Below are positions 1 to 9,632 of a DNA stretch of 64,000 bases, piece by piece. Numbering within the stretch: position 1 is the first letter of the stretch; every line of letters begins with the position of its first letter. Origin of the DNA: Flavobacteriales bacterium (GTDB lineage: Bacteria; Bacteroidota; Bacteroidia; Palsa-965); assembly GCA_040377305.1 (NCBI GenBank), contig JBEIPA010000011.1, positions 117,495 through 181,494 on the forward strand. The letters are read 5' to 3'. Both the position numbers and the translations under genes were made by a program. Below the pieces are notes generated by a model. That model worked only from the letters and a program-made list of their open reading frames with translations, was not told the origin of the DNA and searched no databases.

Positions 1-2
1 TA

Positions 3-2561
3 AACGGTAACGATACACTCACGACAACTTATTCGAACACGGCGTGCGGACTGAACTACAGTCTCACTTCAGTTCGTTTGGGACAACGTTTTGTTCCGGT
101 TGGAGTTCCGCAACCAGCGGCAATGAACGTGAATGCAATGCCAACCTGCGGACAAGTTCTTCAGGCGTATCTCTACACCGAATGTCTCGGAGCTGCGGGT
201 TCAATCACTGCAACACTTACTGATCCTTCGAATACTACTACTGCAGTTCCCATGACATTGATCGGAAGCTCGCTTGATGTATGCTGGGGAATGGGTGGAA
301 CGCACATGTGGCGTGCAGATGTAACGAGCCTCATCACTGGCGCTGGTACATACATGCTCAGTGGACTTCCGGTTTCCGCATCTCCTGCAACAGTAGACGT
401 TGAAGGTGCAACACTTCTTATTATCTACGCAGATCCAACTGCATCGTACACAGGTTCAATTCAGATCGATGATGGTTGTCATACCGTACAAGGCGGAAAC
501 CTCTCGCACACGATGACAGGATTCAACGCGTGTTCAAACTCAACCGCAGGTTCAGCGTTTATGCTGGTTGGAGATATGCAATTGACCGGCTACAACATTA
601 ACATGAATGGTAACGCAGTGGCACAACCACAATGGAATTGGTGGAATGAAGTTTCTGCACCAACGTCTGTTGTTTCCGGACAAAATTTCTGCGCTTTCAC
701 AATGTATAATGCAGGCGACTGCTACACATTGGGTGTTGCCGGATTGTATTACCAATCTAACTGCAACTCATGTACACCACAACAAGTGGGACTCGCAGTT
801 TCAGCAACCGGAACTTCCGCGAGCTGCGGAAACAACGGAACTGCAACAGCAACAGCAACTGGCGGAAATGGTAACTACACGTACGTGTGGGCGCCAGGTG
901 GACAAACTACAGCTACGGCTACAGGTCTTGCTGCAGGTACATACACCGTGAACGTAACGGATGGAACTACATGCGGTACTGCAACTGTTACTATTGCGAA
1001 TACGTCAATGTCAGTAACAACGTATGTTGTTGGTTCAAGTTGTATGTCAGCAACCGGAACTGCATCAGTATCAGTAACGGGCGGAACTGGTCCTTATACC
1101 TATGCATGGTCACCGTCTGGTGGAAATACTTCAACTGCAACCGGACTTGCTCCAGGAAATTATACCTGTACAATTACAGACGCTGCATCGTGTACAACAA
1201 CGGTTACTGTAAATATTGCGAATGCCAGTCAACTGACAGCGTACGTGTATGCATGGCCAGACAGTTGTCCTTCACCAACAGGCAGTGCGTATATATGGCA
1301 TTCAGGTGGTAATGGTCCATTCACTTATTTATGGTCGAACGGAAACACAACCAACAATCCTACAAACTTAGCGGCAGGTATTTACTGCTGTACAGTTACG
1401 GATGCTGCAGGATGTACTGCGACTGCGTGTGATACGGTTACTGCTGTTCCGAGCAACTTCTCACACGGCACAAATATGTTCGCTTATGTTTCCTGCGGCG
1501 ATTCCGCAATGTTGACCGCGTGGAGTTCTGATCCGACATCAACGTTCAGCTGGTCACCTGCAAACCAATGCAACACGCCAACAAACGATTCCACGTACGC
1601 ACATCCAACACAACCATTCACTGTGTTCTACGTTACAATCACAGGTTCTTGCGGAACAGCAGTTGACAGTGTGTGGGTTTTCACCGACAGCTTGAACTGG
1701 TACAACGAGCAAATTTGTTTCGTGACTGTTGACACGGCGAATAACCACAACCTCATTACGTGGGAGCGCGCAAATTCACCGTCATCAGGAACGTACAACA
1801 TTTATCGTGAGACTGCAGTTTCTGGTGTGTATGCTTTGATTGCAACGCAACCGGTTTCTCAGTTCACCACGTACCTCGATGTAACGTCAAATCCTTACGT
1901 GCAGCCGTACCGTTATCAGATCACTACAACTGATGTTTGCGGAAATGAATCCGATACGAGCTGGCATCACCGCAGCATTCACTTGCAGGCGAGTGCGTCT
2001 CCGTTCGGTGGGTGGAATTTGTTCTGGACAGCTTACGAAGGTTTGCCGATTGCGACTTACAACATTTATCGCGGCACAAACATTTCGAACATGACGTTGC
2101 TTACACAGGTTTCCGGAAGCACATTTACGTACACAGATCTTACAGCGCCAATGGGTCCAATCTGGTACATGATTGAAGCTGTTCACCCGAATGGCGGATG
2201 TTCTCCTTCACGTTGGGCAGAACCAGGAAACACGTTCGATTACAGTTCAATGTTGTCAAACCTACATCTCGCAGATCCTCTTGGAATCAACAATGCCAAC
2301 GCAATTCAGAATTCACTCACGGTATCTCCGAATCCAGGTAACGGGAATTTTGTATTGTCTTGCAACCTCGCGACCAGCGGACCGGCAACAGTTACAATCA
2401 CGGATGCACTCGGACGAGTTGTGTTTACTGAAACCGGCGCTTCGAATGCTCCAACAATGACGATGTACCTTGATCTTTCTTCACTTGCAGCAGGAGTGTA
2501 CAATGTGAAAGTGACGAATGGTGCGAGCGAAGGAGTTACGAAGCTGGTGATTACACAATAG
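3..2561 (+). CDS. T9SS type A sorting-domain protein with SprB-like repeats and FN3-like domain (5' end lies outside the window)
   Basis: The frame is open back to position 3. It has repeated GG.GPYTY.W..G......TGL.AG.Y..TVTD units and a C-terminal VSPNP...G.Y.V...KLVI sorting domain. Confidence 0.85.
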   Translation, partial: NGNDTLTTTYSNTACGLNYSLTSVRLGQRFVPVGVPQPAAMNVNAMPTCGQVLQAYLYTECLGAAGSITATLTDPSNTTTAVPMTLIGSSLDVCWGMGGTHMWRADVTSLITGAGTYMLSGLPVSASPATVDVEGATLLIIYADPTASYTGSIQIDDGCHTVQGGNLSHTMTGFNACSNSTAGSAFMLVGDMQLTGYNINMNGNAVAQPQWNWWNEVSAPTSVVSGQNFCAFTMYNAGDCYTLGVAGLYYQSNCNSCTPQQVGLAVSATGTSASCGNNGTATATATGGNGNYTYVWAPGGQTTATATGLAAGTYTVNVTDGTTCGTATVTIANTSMSVTTYVVGSSCMSATGTASVSVTGGTGPYTYAWSPSGGNTSTATGLAPGNYTCTITDAASCTTTVTVNIANASQLTAYVYAWPDSCPSPTGSAYIWHSGGNGPFTYLWSNGNTTNNPTNLAAGIYCCTVTDAAGCTATACDTVTAVPSNFSHGTNMFAYVSCGDSAMLTAWSSDPTSTFSWSPANQCNTPTNDSTYAHPTQPFTVFYVTITGSCGTAVDSVWVFTDSLNWYNEQICFVTVDTANNHNLITWERANSPSSGTYNIYRETAVSGVYALIATQPVSQFTTYLDVTSNPYVQPYRYQITTTDVCGNESDTSWHHRSIHLQASASPFGGWNLFWTAYEGLPIATYNIYRGTNISNMTLLTQVSGSTFTYTDLTAPMGPIWYMIEAVHPNGGCSPSRWAEPGNTFDYSSMLSNLHLADPLGINNANAIQNSLTVSPNPGNGNFVLSCNLATSGPATVTITDALGRVVFTETGASNAPTMTMYLDLSSLAAGVYNVKVTNGASEGVTKLVITQ

Positions 2562-2632
2562 CAATACGCAATTGTCAATGCGCAATACGCAGTCTATAGG
2601 GCTTGCGTATTGCGCATTGTACATTGCGCATT
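2561..2632. repeat. Inverted repeat built from 7-nt tandem units between convergent genes
   Basis: CAATGCGCAATACGCA (2576-2591) and TGCGTATTGCGCATTG (2604-2619) are a perfect 16-bp IR, with further GCAAT-type units outside. Confidence 0.85.
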
Positions 2633-3206
2633 ATTTTTCGTAGAAATGCATCTCCTCACAATACTTCCAAGCTCCTTCAGGCATAAAGTATTGCATGTTC
2701 TTTTTCGCTTTGATCGCTTCGCGAATCATGGTTGAGGAAATACTCATTTGTGGTGCATCGGTCATCACCACACTTTTGTGCTTAGCAAACTCTCCGCCGG
2801 GAAACCCAGGTCGCGGGTACACGTAAATCTTGTAGCGCTCAAGAATCACTTCAAAGTTTTTCCACTTATTGAGCGATTCAATATTATCAGAACCCATGAT
2901 GAGCGCGAATTCATCGTTCGGGTATTTTTCTTCGAGATGCGCCAGTGTGTTTACCGTGTACGAAGGTTGCGGCAGACTGAATTCAATATTGCTCGCCTTG
3001 TATTTCGGGTTTTCCCCAATAGCGGCGCGAACGAGTGCCAGGCGTTGAACATCGGAAAGCAGTGTAGCTTTTTTCTTCAGCGGATTGTGTGGCGTAACCA
3101 CGAACCAGATTCTTTCAAGATCGGTGAACTCCAGCATGTAATTCGCCAGCACCATGTGACCGATGTGAATGGGATTAAACGATCCGAAGAAAAGTCCGAT
3201 TTTCAT
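2631..3206 (-). CDS. nadD: Nicotinate-nucleotide adenylyltransferase
   Basis: GLFFGSFNPIHIGH, MGSDN, WK and ISSTMIR motifs. Confidence 0.96.
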   Translation of the reverse strand: MKIGLFFGSFNPIHIGHMVLANYMLEFTDLERIWFVVTPHNPLKKKATLLSDVQRLALVRAAIGENPKYKASNIEFSLPQPSYTVNTLAHLEEKYPNDEFALIMGSDNIESLNKWKNFEVILERYKIYVYPRPGFPGGEFAKHKSVVMTDAPQMSISSTMIREAIKAKKNMQYFMPEGAWKYCEEMHFYEK

Positions 3207-3778
3207 TGGGGTTGATTCAGAAAGCCTCGCACTATTTCTTCTGCACGTTTCAATGCTTCTTCGAGATTGTCGTTGAGCAAAACCGTATCGAAATGCACCG
3301 CATCGTCGAGTTCACTTTTGGCTTTCGCAATGCGCATCTGAATTTTCGATTCAGGCTCCGTTGCCCGCGAACGCAAACGTTTTTCCAAAGCAGCGACACT
3401 TGGCGGCATCACAAACACCGACAGCGCACGCTCACCGAATTTCTTCGCGAGATTAATTCCGCCTTTCACATCCACATCAAAAATTACGTGGTGACCTTTT
3501 CTCCAGATGCGATCAACTTCAGCCTGCAACGTTCCGTACATCTGCCCGGGATAAACTTCTTCCCATTCTACAAACTCGCCGGCATCGATACGCTTTTTGA
3601 ATTCTTCAACCGAGAAAAAATAGTAATCGCTGCCGTGATTTTCATCACCACGCAATGGGCGCGATGTGGCAGAAACCGAAAACTCAAGCTCAGGAAATAC
3701 TTTCAGAAGGTGGTGGACAATCGTGGTCTTACCGGCACCCGAGGGAGCAGAGAAGATGACGAGCTTGCCGTTTTCCAT
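3203..3778 (-). CDS. gmk: Guanylate kinase
   Basis: APSGAGKT P-loop, SVSATSR, DYYF and YGT motifs. Start moved to ATG 3778 (MENGKLV), which follows a TATCTTTG box. Confidence 0.96.
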   Translation of the reverse strand: MENGKLVIFSAPSGAGKTTIVHHLLKVFPELEFSVSATSRPLRGDENHGSDYYFFSVEEFKKRIDAGEFVEWEEVYPGQMYGTLQAEVDRIWRKGHHVIFDVDVKGGINLAKKFGERALSVFVMPPSVAALEKRLRSRATEPESKIQMRIAKAKSELDDAVHFDTVLLNDNLEEALKRAEEIVRGFLNQPQ

Positions 3779-3809
3779 ACGCCAAAGATAGTGATAGGCA
3801 TGAGACGGG

Positions 3810-4012
3810 AAATTGGAACGCGGATTTTGTTGTTCGTTGTTTTCTATCGCTTTTCCCGGATGAGTCGGGGAGACTTCAACTGTTTTCCATCGGATTTTAT
3901 GAGATAAACTCAAACTTATCTCATAAAATCAAATAGCCAGATTTTCTATTTACCGGAGTGATCCAATGGAACGACTAACACCAGACGGGCTTAGAAATCC
4001 GCGTTCCAATTT
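3810..4012. mobile_element. MITE-like element with nested inverted repeats inside the yicC-gmk operon
   Basis: Outer perfect 18-bp IR AAATTGGAACGCGGATTT (3810-3827 / 3995-4012) and inner perfect 15-bp IR GATTTTATGAGATAA (3893-3907 / 3916-3930). The repeats are seen directly; mobility is inferred. Confidence 0.6.
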
Positions 4013-4018
4013 ACAACC

Positions 4019-4885
4019 CTAGAGTACGTTCAGAAGTTGCTCCTTTATCTTCTCCAACTCATCCTTCATCTCCACCACATATTTCTGGATTTCAGCGTCA
4101 TTGGCTTTAGAACCAATCGTGTTAATCTCCCGCCCGATTTCCTGAGCAATGAATCCGAGCTTTCGGCCGCTCGATGCTTCTTTCATGGTGTCGAGAAAGT
4201 AATTGCAATGTGTGGTGAGACGTAATTTCTCCTCCGTGATGTCAAGCTTCTCCACGTAGTAAATCAGTTCCTGCTCGAAACGATTTTTATCGGTATGTTC
4301 AGCGGGAACATTCTCCGACATGTATTTGTTGAGTCGTTCGCGTACGGCTGCAATTCGTTGCGGATCGCGATCAGTCACTTCTTTCAGTTTGGTCTGAATC
4401 ATTCCGATACGCTGCGTGAATTCATTCGCAAGAACTTTTCCTTCGTCGTCGCGGAATTTCTGAAACGCATCAACGGCTTCATTCACGGCTTTCATCACGG
4501 CAACCCATTCGTTTTCATCGGGAACAACTTTATCCTGCTTGAGAACATCGGGCATGCGCATGACAATTGCGAGAAGATCTTTTGTGTTATCGCCGTTTGC
4601 CTCAGCTACTTTTTTAAGCTCCTTATAGTATTCACTGGCAAGCGACTGGTTGACGATGTTGCTGCTTCCATCGCCGGTTGATTCTGCAAAAACAGTGAAA
4701 TCAATTTTTCCTCGCTCTAGCGTGCGTGAAATCAGTCCGCGCATCTCAGATTCTTTATCGCGATACTGCGATGCCACACGAAAATTCAGATCGAGCTGTC
4801 TGCTGTTCAGTGAACGGATTTCAATCGTCACTTTTTTATTGGGCAACTCACATACTGCCTTGCCAAAACCGGTCATTGATTTCAT
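4019..4885 (-). CDS. yicC: YicC/YloC family endoribonuclease
   Basis: SMTGFG N-terminus, GRKLGF..QE..REINTIGSK and EKIKEQ..N C-terminus; lies upstream of gmk. Confidence 0.95.
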   Translation of the reverse strand: MKSMTGFGKAVCELPNKKVTIEIRSLNSRQLDLNFRVASQYRDKESEMRGLISRTLERGKIDFTVFAESTGDGSSNIVNQSLASEYYKELKKVAEANGDNTKDLLAIVMRMPDVLKQDKVVPDENEWVAVMKAVNEAVDAFQKFRDDEGKVLANEFTQRIGMIQTKLKEVTDRDPQRIAAVRERLNKYMSENVPAEHTDKNRFEQELIYYVEKLDITEEKLRLTTHCNYFLDTMKEASSGRKLGFIAQEIGREINTIGSKANDAEIQKYVVEMKDELEKIKEQLLNVL

Positions 4886-4919
4886 AGGGTCAAATATAGC
4901 AACATAAAAAGGCTAAGGA

Positions 4920-4947
4920 GTCATTGCGAGCCTGCGAAGCAATCTCC
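4920..4947. repeat. Short palindromic element GTCATTGCGAG...GAAGCAATCTC
   Basis: Imperfect hairpin that resembles a widespread intergenic palindrome type; single copy in this window. Confidence 0.45.
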
Positions 4948-5006
4948 TGTGACGAAACTCAGTGATAACGGTGCTGCGGCATGCACTTCATAAGCCTTTT
5001 TATGGT

Positions 5007-5900
5007 TCATGGAATACTCTTCCGTACAGTATTCTGGCTTGCCAAAAACACCCCAAGAAAAATGCAAAGACCCAGTACAACTTTTACCCACGTCAACTCA
5101 TCTTTTCCAAGGTATAGAGCAATTGCCGCTGCGAACAGTGGTTGTGTATAGATGTAAGCGCTCACAACTGTCGGACTCAATACTTTCAACGAGAAAACAT
5201 TCAGTAGGTATGCGATAAATGTAACACCAAGCACAACGAATGAAATATCAAACCAGGTTGCGCCTGTGAACGTAGACCACTGCGCATCCATCATTCCCGT
5301 CCAGCCAAGCGGCACAAGTATCGGCAGCCCGAAAAGGAATACCCATTTCAATACCGTTACCGTATTGTACTTCATCATTAATGGTTTTACAAACACCAGG
5401 AATGTTCCCCACGAAAGCGCATTGATGAAAATGAACAAATCGCCAAGTGCATTGTCTTCTTTTCCATTGCTGAGTGAACTGGAAAGAATCAGAAGTCCTG
5501 CGCCGGTGAGGCCTAACAATACTCCTGTGACACGCGTAGCCGTCAATTTCTCTTTCAGTACAATTGCCCCGATGATCAGTACGATGAGCGGAGATGTGAT
5601 CATGATTATCGCACCACTGATCGGCGATGTGAGCGACATTCCCTTGATGAAGAGCGACTGATTGATCGAAACACCGAACAAAGACAGAACGGCAATTCTT
5701 TTCAGGTCGGCTTTCTCCACTTTTTCCTTGATGAAAATTCCGGTGAGCCACAACAGCGGTGTAGCGCCGAGTACACGCACTGCAACAAATCCTGCCGGTG
5801 AAATGAATTCCGGCGTAACCTGTTTGATGATCGTAAATCCCGCCGCGTAGATAATCATTGATGTGAGCAACGTAAGATGGGCGAGGAGGGTGCGATTCAC
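5007..5900 (-). CDS. DMT/EamA family transporter
   Basis: About 10 TM helices in two EamA repeats; LKEK and SPT.VS.YIY.QP motifs. Confidence 0.93.
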   Translation of the reverse strand: MNRTLLAHLTLLTSMIIYAAGFTIIKQVTPEFISPAGFVAVRVLGATPLLWLTGIFIKEKVEKADLKRIAVLSLFGVSINQSLFIKGMSLTSPISGAIIMITSPLIVLIIGAIVLKEKLTATRVTGVLLGLTGAGLLILSSSLSNGKEDNALGDLFIFINALSWGTFLVFVKPLMMKYNTVTVLKWVFLFGLPILVPLGWTGMMDAQWSTFTGATWFDISFVVLGVTFIAYLLNVFSLKVLSPTVVSAYIYTQPLFAAAIALYLGKDELTWVKVVLGLCIFLGVFLASQNTVRKSIP

Positions 5901-5918
5901 GGCGCAAAGGTAAGTATT

Positions 5919-5985
5919 CAGCGGCAGTGGCAGTTGCAGTCAGTATGCAGTTACTGCCACCTGACTGCAACTGCTACTGCCACTG
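5919..5985. repeat. Inverted repeat of 6-nt GCAGT(G/T) units between divergent genes
   Basis: CAGCGGCAGTGGCAGTTGCAGTCAG (5919-5943) pairs with CTGACTGCAACTGCTACTGCCACTG (5961-5985) at 23/25 positions. Confidence 0.85.
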
Positions 5986-5992
5986 TTTTCAC

Positions 5993-6000
5993 TACATTTG
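5993..6000 (+). promoter_or_regulatory. Bacteroidota -7 promoter box TACATTTG; a divergent TACCTTTG box lies on the minus strand at 5905-5912
   Basis: Matches TAnnTTTG and sits 3 nt before ATG 6004. Confidence 0.65.
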
Positions 6001-6003
6001 ATC

Positions 6004-7122
6004 ATGGCTAAGAACGTAGTATTTACCCTTGTGCTTGTGTTGGGACTTCATGTATGCAACGCCCAAACCTTCACCGGCAAACCACAATACGACATCAACG
6101 TTTACCGCGATACAACGTATATCGGAACAACCAGGGTCGAATTGTTTCCGGCAATTGCTCCGCTGCACACGCACATGTTCGATAGCCTGGTGAGCACACA
6201 GTTCTATGATAGCACGGCGTTTCATCGTGTAATTCCGGGATTCATGATTCAGGGTGGAGATCCGAATTCACGCAGCGGACCAATCAGCACCTGGGGACAA
6301 GGCCAACCCTGGCAGCCAACCGTGAATGCAGAATTCACCGCAGCAAGACATTTGCGCGGAAGAATGTCGGCAGCACGTGACGCAAATCCGAACAGTGCAA
6401 CTTCACAATTCTTCATTTGTGTTGCAACAGCAAACTGGCTTGATGGACAATATTCAGTTTACGGACGCGTAGTTGGCGGAATGAATTTCGTAGACACCAT
6501 TGTAAACGAGCCTCGTGATGCGAACGACAATCCATTCATCAAGATGTCGATGTTCGTTGATTACGTAGGAGAAGTTGATACACTCGCAGTTCCGCCTACG
6601 CATAACGCACCTGCGAATTTCTCATCGAGTAATTCAACATCACGTGTAGTTAGTTGGCTAGCGGTACCCGATGCAGCACTGTACAATCTTCAGGTGTCAA
6701 CAGATTCAACTTTTGCAACTACTCATCTTGATGTGGATGTTGGAAACACAACGCGTCTTGTAAGCGGACTCACACTCGGACAAACTTATTACTGGCGATT
6801 ACGCAGCAACAACGGCGGCGACACAAGCGCATTTACGCAGTGGTGGTGTTTCAACACTTCTCCAACTGGAATTGCAGAAGGAAGCGTTCAAAGTGAAGTA
6901 GTTGTTTATCCTAATCCAAGTGCAGGACAGTTCACCTTCGCCGACATGGAAGTTGGAAACACCATCGAAGTTTTCGATCTCTCCGGTCGCGTGATTTATA
7001 CATCGACTGCAAACAACGCCATCTGCATGGTTGATCTTTCAATGTTCACTAGTGGAGTTTACTTCTACGGCATTCGAAAGGACAACGAGAAAGTACAGCA
7101 AGGAAAACTCGTCATCGAATAA
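6004..7122 (+). CDS. Cyclophilin-type peptidyl-prolyl isomerase with FN3-like domain and T9SS type A sorting domain
   Basis: Signal peptide, then FHRVIPGFMIQGGDP, NSATSQFFI and LDGQYSVYGRV, then YYWRLRS and VYPNP...GVYFY...KLVIE. Confidence 0.9.
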   Translation: MAKNVVFTLVLVLGLHVCNAQTFTGKPQYDINVYRDTTYIGTTRVELFPAIAPLHTHMFDSLVSTQFYDSTAFHRVIPGFMIQGGDPNSRSGPISTWGQGQPWQPTVNAEFTAARHLRGRMSAARDANPNSATSQFFICVATANWLDGQYSVYGRVVGGMNFVDTIVNEPRDANDNPFIKMSMFVDYVGEVDTLAVPPTHNAPANFSSSNSTSRVVSWLAVPDAALYNLQVSTDSTFATTHLDVDVGNTTRLVSGLTLGQTYYWRLRSNNGGDTSAFTQWWCFNTSPTGIAEGSVQSEVVVYPNPSAGQFTFADMEVGNTIEVFDLSGRVIYTSTANNAICMVDLSMFTSGVYFYGIRKDNEKVQQGKLVIE

Positions 7123-7131
7123 CATCGTGAA

Positions 7132-7226
7132 TGCCTGCGGCGCTTACCACGGCGGCGCGGCGTTACGGAGAAAATCCTTTGGAATTATACCCAATACTAT
7201 CGGGACCGTGGTAAGCGCCGCAGGCA
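7132..7226. repeat. Gene-less element with GCTTACCACGG-type terminal inverted repeats
   Basis: Perfect 21-bp IR: TGCCTGCGGCGCTTACCACGG (7132-7152) and CCGTGGTAAGCGCCGCAGGCA (7206-7226). Confidence 0.85.
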
Positions 7227-7233
7227 ACCGCAG

Positions 7234-7581
7234 TTATTTGGCAGCCTCTTTAAGGTTAGCAACATTCGTCTTTGAATTGCCGATGAAAATCTGACCGTTA
7301 ATAATAGCGACCGGTCTTTTCAGAAAAGTATATTCTTCAAGAATCAATTTGCGATATTCTTTCTCCGTCGTCGGTTTCGGATCAAGCGATTTGTACTTCA
7401 ATGCTACACGCGAGAAAAGTGCTTCGTAGCTACCCGCCATCTTTTTCATTTCATCCAGTTGCGCCGCAGTAATTGGTTGTGTCTTGATATCCTGCAACTC
7501 AAAACCTTTCGGTGTGATCTTGCAATCTTTCATGATGCGCGCACAAGTGGAGCAGGTGGAGAGGTAGTACATTTTTTTCAT
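7234..7581 (-). CDS. ArsC/Spx family protein
   Basis: YYLSTCSTC, DIKTQP and YTFLKRPV motifs. Confidence 0.88.
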   Translation of the reverse strand: MKKMYYLSTCSTCARIMKDCKITPKGFELQDIKTQPITAAQLDEMKKMAGSYEALFSRVALKYKSLDPKPTTEKEYRKLILEEYTFLKRPVAIINGQIFIGNSKTNVANLKEAAK

Positions 7582-7596
7582 GTCGTAAAGATAAAA

Positions 7597-7684
7597 GTTC
7601 CCCGTTTCCAGTTCCGGGTTTCCCGTTAAGTTGGACTAAGTAACGATATTCAACAGGGAACTGGAAACAGGGAACGGGGAACAG
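7597..7684. repeat. Inverted repeat of 7-nt units between divergent genes
   Basis: GTTCCCCGTTTCCAGTTCCGGGTT (7597-7620) pairs imperfectly with AACAGGGAACTGGAAACAGGGAAC (7652-7675), followed by a further GGGGAAC unit. Confidence 0.8.
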
Positions 7685-7699
7685 TAGTACATTTGCATC

Positions 7700-8857
7700 A
7701 TGAAAGACGCATCCGCATACGGCTTCGGCACAAAAGCAATTCACGCCGGACAAGAACCTGATCCTACTACCGGTGCAATCATGACACCGATTTACCAAAC
7801 GTCTACGTATGTGCAGGAATCTCCCGGCACAAACAAAGGGTATGGTTATGCACGTGGAAAAAATCCTACGCGTGTTGCACTGGAAAATTGTTTGGCTGCG
7901 TTAGAAGGCGCGCAATACGGATTGTGTTTCTCCAGCGGCATGGGCTCCATGGATGCTGTGTGTAAATTGCTTCGTCCCGGAGATGAAGTAATTACTGGTG
8001 ACGATTTATACGGTGGCGCGTATCGCATGTTCACGAAAGTATTTGCGAACTACGGAATCAAGTTTCATTTCATCAACATGACGAACGCGGAGAACATCCG
8101 TAAGTATGTCAATGCAAATACAAAATTGATTTGGGTGGAAACACCTTCGAATCCAACGATGCAGATTATTGATCTCGCCGCGGTTTCGAAAATCGCGAAG
8201 GAAGCAAAAGCAATTTTCGCAGTCGACAATACATTCGCAACGCCGTACCTGCAGAATCCCATTGCACTGGGTGCTGATATTGTGATGCACTCTGTAACAA
8301 AATATCTTGGTGGTCACTCGGATGTCGTGATGGGCGCGCTGATGATGAATTCAAAAGATCTGTATGATCAATTGTATTTCATTCTCAACAGCTGCGGTGC
8401 TAATCCGGGACCTATGGATTCTTTCCTCGTGCTGCGTGGTGTGAAAACATTGCACGTGCGAATGGATCGTCATTGCGAAAACGGAAAGCAAATTGCTGCA
8501 TACTTGAAAACACATCCGCGCATTGATAAAATCTACTGGCCGGGATTTACTGATCATCCGAATCACGACATCGCGAAGAAGCAAATGAAAGATTTCGGTG
8601 GCATGATTTCATTCTCACTGAAAGGTGCAGATCTGAAAGAAACATTCCGCGTAGCATCTTCATTCAAAGTGTTCTCACTGGCAGAATCATTGGGCGGAGT
8701 AGAATCGTTGATCAATCACCCGGCAACCATGACGCACGCTTCCATTCCGAAAGAAGAGCGCGAGAAATCAGGAGTGGTTGACAACCTTCTTCGTCTCAGC
8801 GTGGGAATAGAAAATGCAGAAGATTTGCTTGCGGATTTGAAACAAGCTCTCGGCTAA
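7700..8857 (+). CDS. metB: Cystathionine gamma-synthase/gamma-lyase (PLP-dependent trans-sulfuration enzyme)
   Basis: PIYQTSTY, Y.R..NPTR, ETPSNP, DNTFATP, HSVTKYLGGHSD (PLP lysine) and SLGGVESL motifs. Synthase versus lyase cannot be resolved. Confidence 0.88.
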   Translation: MKDASAYGFGTKAIHAGQEPDPTTGAIMTPIYQTSTYVQESPGTNKGYGYARGKNPTRVALENCLAALEGAQYGLCFSSGMGSMDAVCKLLRPGDEVITGDDLYGGAYRMFTKVFANYGIKFHFINMTNAENIRKYVNANTKLIWVETPSNPTMQIIDLAAVSKIAKEAKAIFAVDNTFATPYLQNPIALGADIVMHSVTKYLGGHSDVVMGALMMNSKDLYDQLYFILNSCGANPGPMDSFLVLRGVKTLHVRMDRHCENGKQIAAYLKTHPRIDKIYWPGFTDHPNHDIAKKQMKDFGGMISFSLKGADLKETFRVASSFKVFSLAESLGGVESLINHPATMTHASIPKEEREKSGVVDNLLRLSVGIENAEDLLADLKQALG

Positions 8858-8965
8858 TGATTGGATGATCTGATGATAGAATGATAAGATTCAGGCGTTG
8901 TAAGAACGAATGATCTTTTCAGTATGCTTCAATTCTATCATCCAATAATTTTATCATCCTATCAT
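8857..8965. repeat. Inverted repeat of 8-nt ATGATnnn units between convergent genes
   Basis: ATGATTGG-ATGATCTG-ATGATAGA-ATGATAAG (8857-8888) faces TCTATCAT-CCAATAAT-TTTATCAT-CCTATCAT (8934-8965). Confidence 0.8.
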
Positions 8966-8967
8966 CA

Positions 8968-9450
8968 TTACCGTGTTTTCACAATCCTGAACGGTGGCAC
9001 TTTCATCGCTATCGGTCTTCCGGCAAGATCCACTAGCTCGACTTTTGTGACCGTAACGTACGCACCGATTTTGTGTTTTTCAATTGCACGAACCGCTTGA
9101 CCGAAGTCTCGACGTTCGCTGCACCCACCCCGAATGAGATTGCCATTGAAGTATTCGAAATTGTAACTCTTCACGGCATAGTTCTGCACATTTCCGGCAG
9201 CGTCTGTGAAGACCAGAATTCCTTTGCATTCAGCCGGATAATAGGAACATTCATATTTGTCGTCAGTCACAATTTTAAACGTATGCCGATTGTAGTGCAG
9301 ACTGTCACTTGTCTTTCCTGTGAGCGTATCGAGACGCATGCTGAGATCAGTTCCCCACATGTTCACGAATACAATCTGTGTCGTCGCTTGTGAATTCAGA
9401 TAACCGGTAAAGAACAGGAGAAATAAAGCAAGTATTATTTTCGATTTCAT
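8968..9450 (-). CDS. Hypothetical exported protein
   Basis: 160-aa ORF with a clear signal peptide. Confidence 0.7.
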   Translation of the reverse strand: MKSKIILALFLLFFTGYLNSQATTQIVFVNMWGTDLSMRLDTLTGKTSDSLHYNRHTFKIVTDDKYECSYYPAECKGILVFTDAAGNVQNYAVKSYNFEYFNGNLIRGGCSERRDFGQAVRAIEKHKIGAYVTVTKVELVDLAGRPIAMKVPPFRIVKTR

Positions 9451-9597
9451 ACCTGTTTATACCGGAGTGAAGCAATAGGTAACCGTAAACTCGTGGTTTT
9501 ATTCTCCGCCGTCCCCAATAGAGATATGCTCGTCGGGACAGATTTCGCTGACTGCTATTTGTTACATAGTAACACCTAACGACCTCAGCTAATTCAT

Positions 9598-9632
9598 TTA
9601 GCACATTACCTCATTAGCATGTTAGCACATTA
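9598..9632. repeat. Single arm of 8-nt tandem repeat (TTAGCACA-like, 4 units)
   Basis: TTAGCACA TTACCTCA TTAGCATG TTAGCACA abuts the stop codon of the 9630..10010 gene. Confidence 0.65.
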
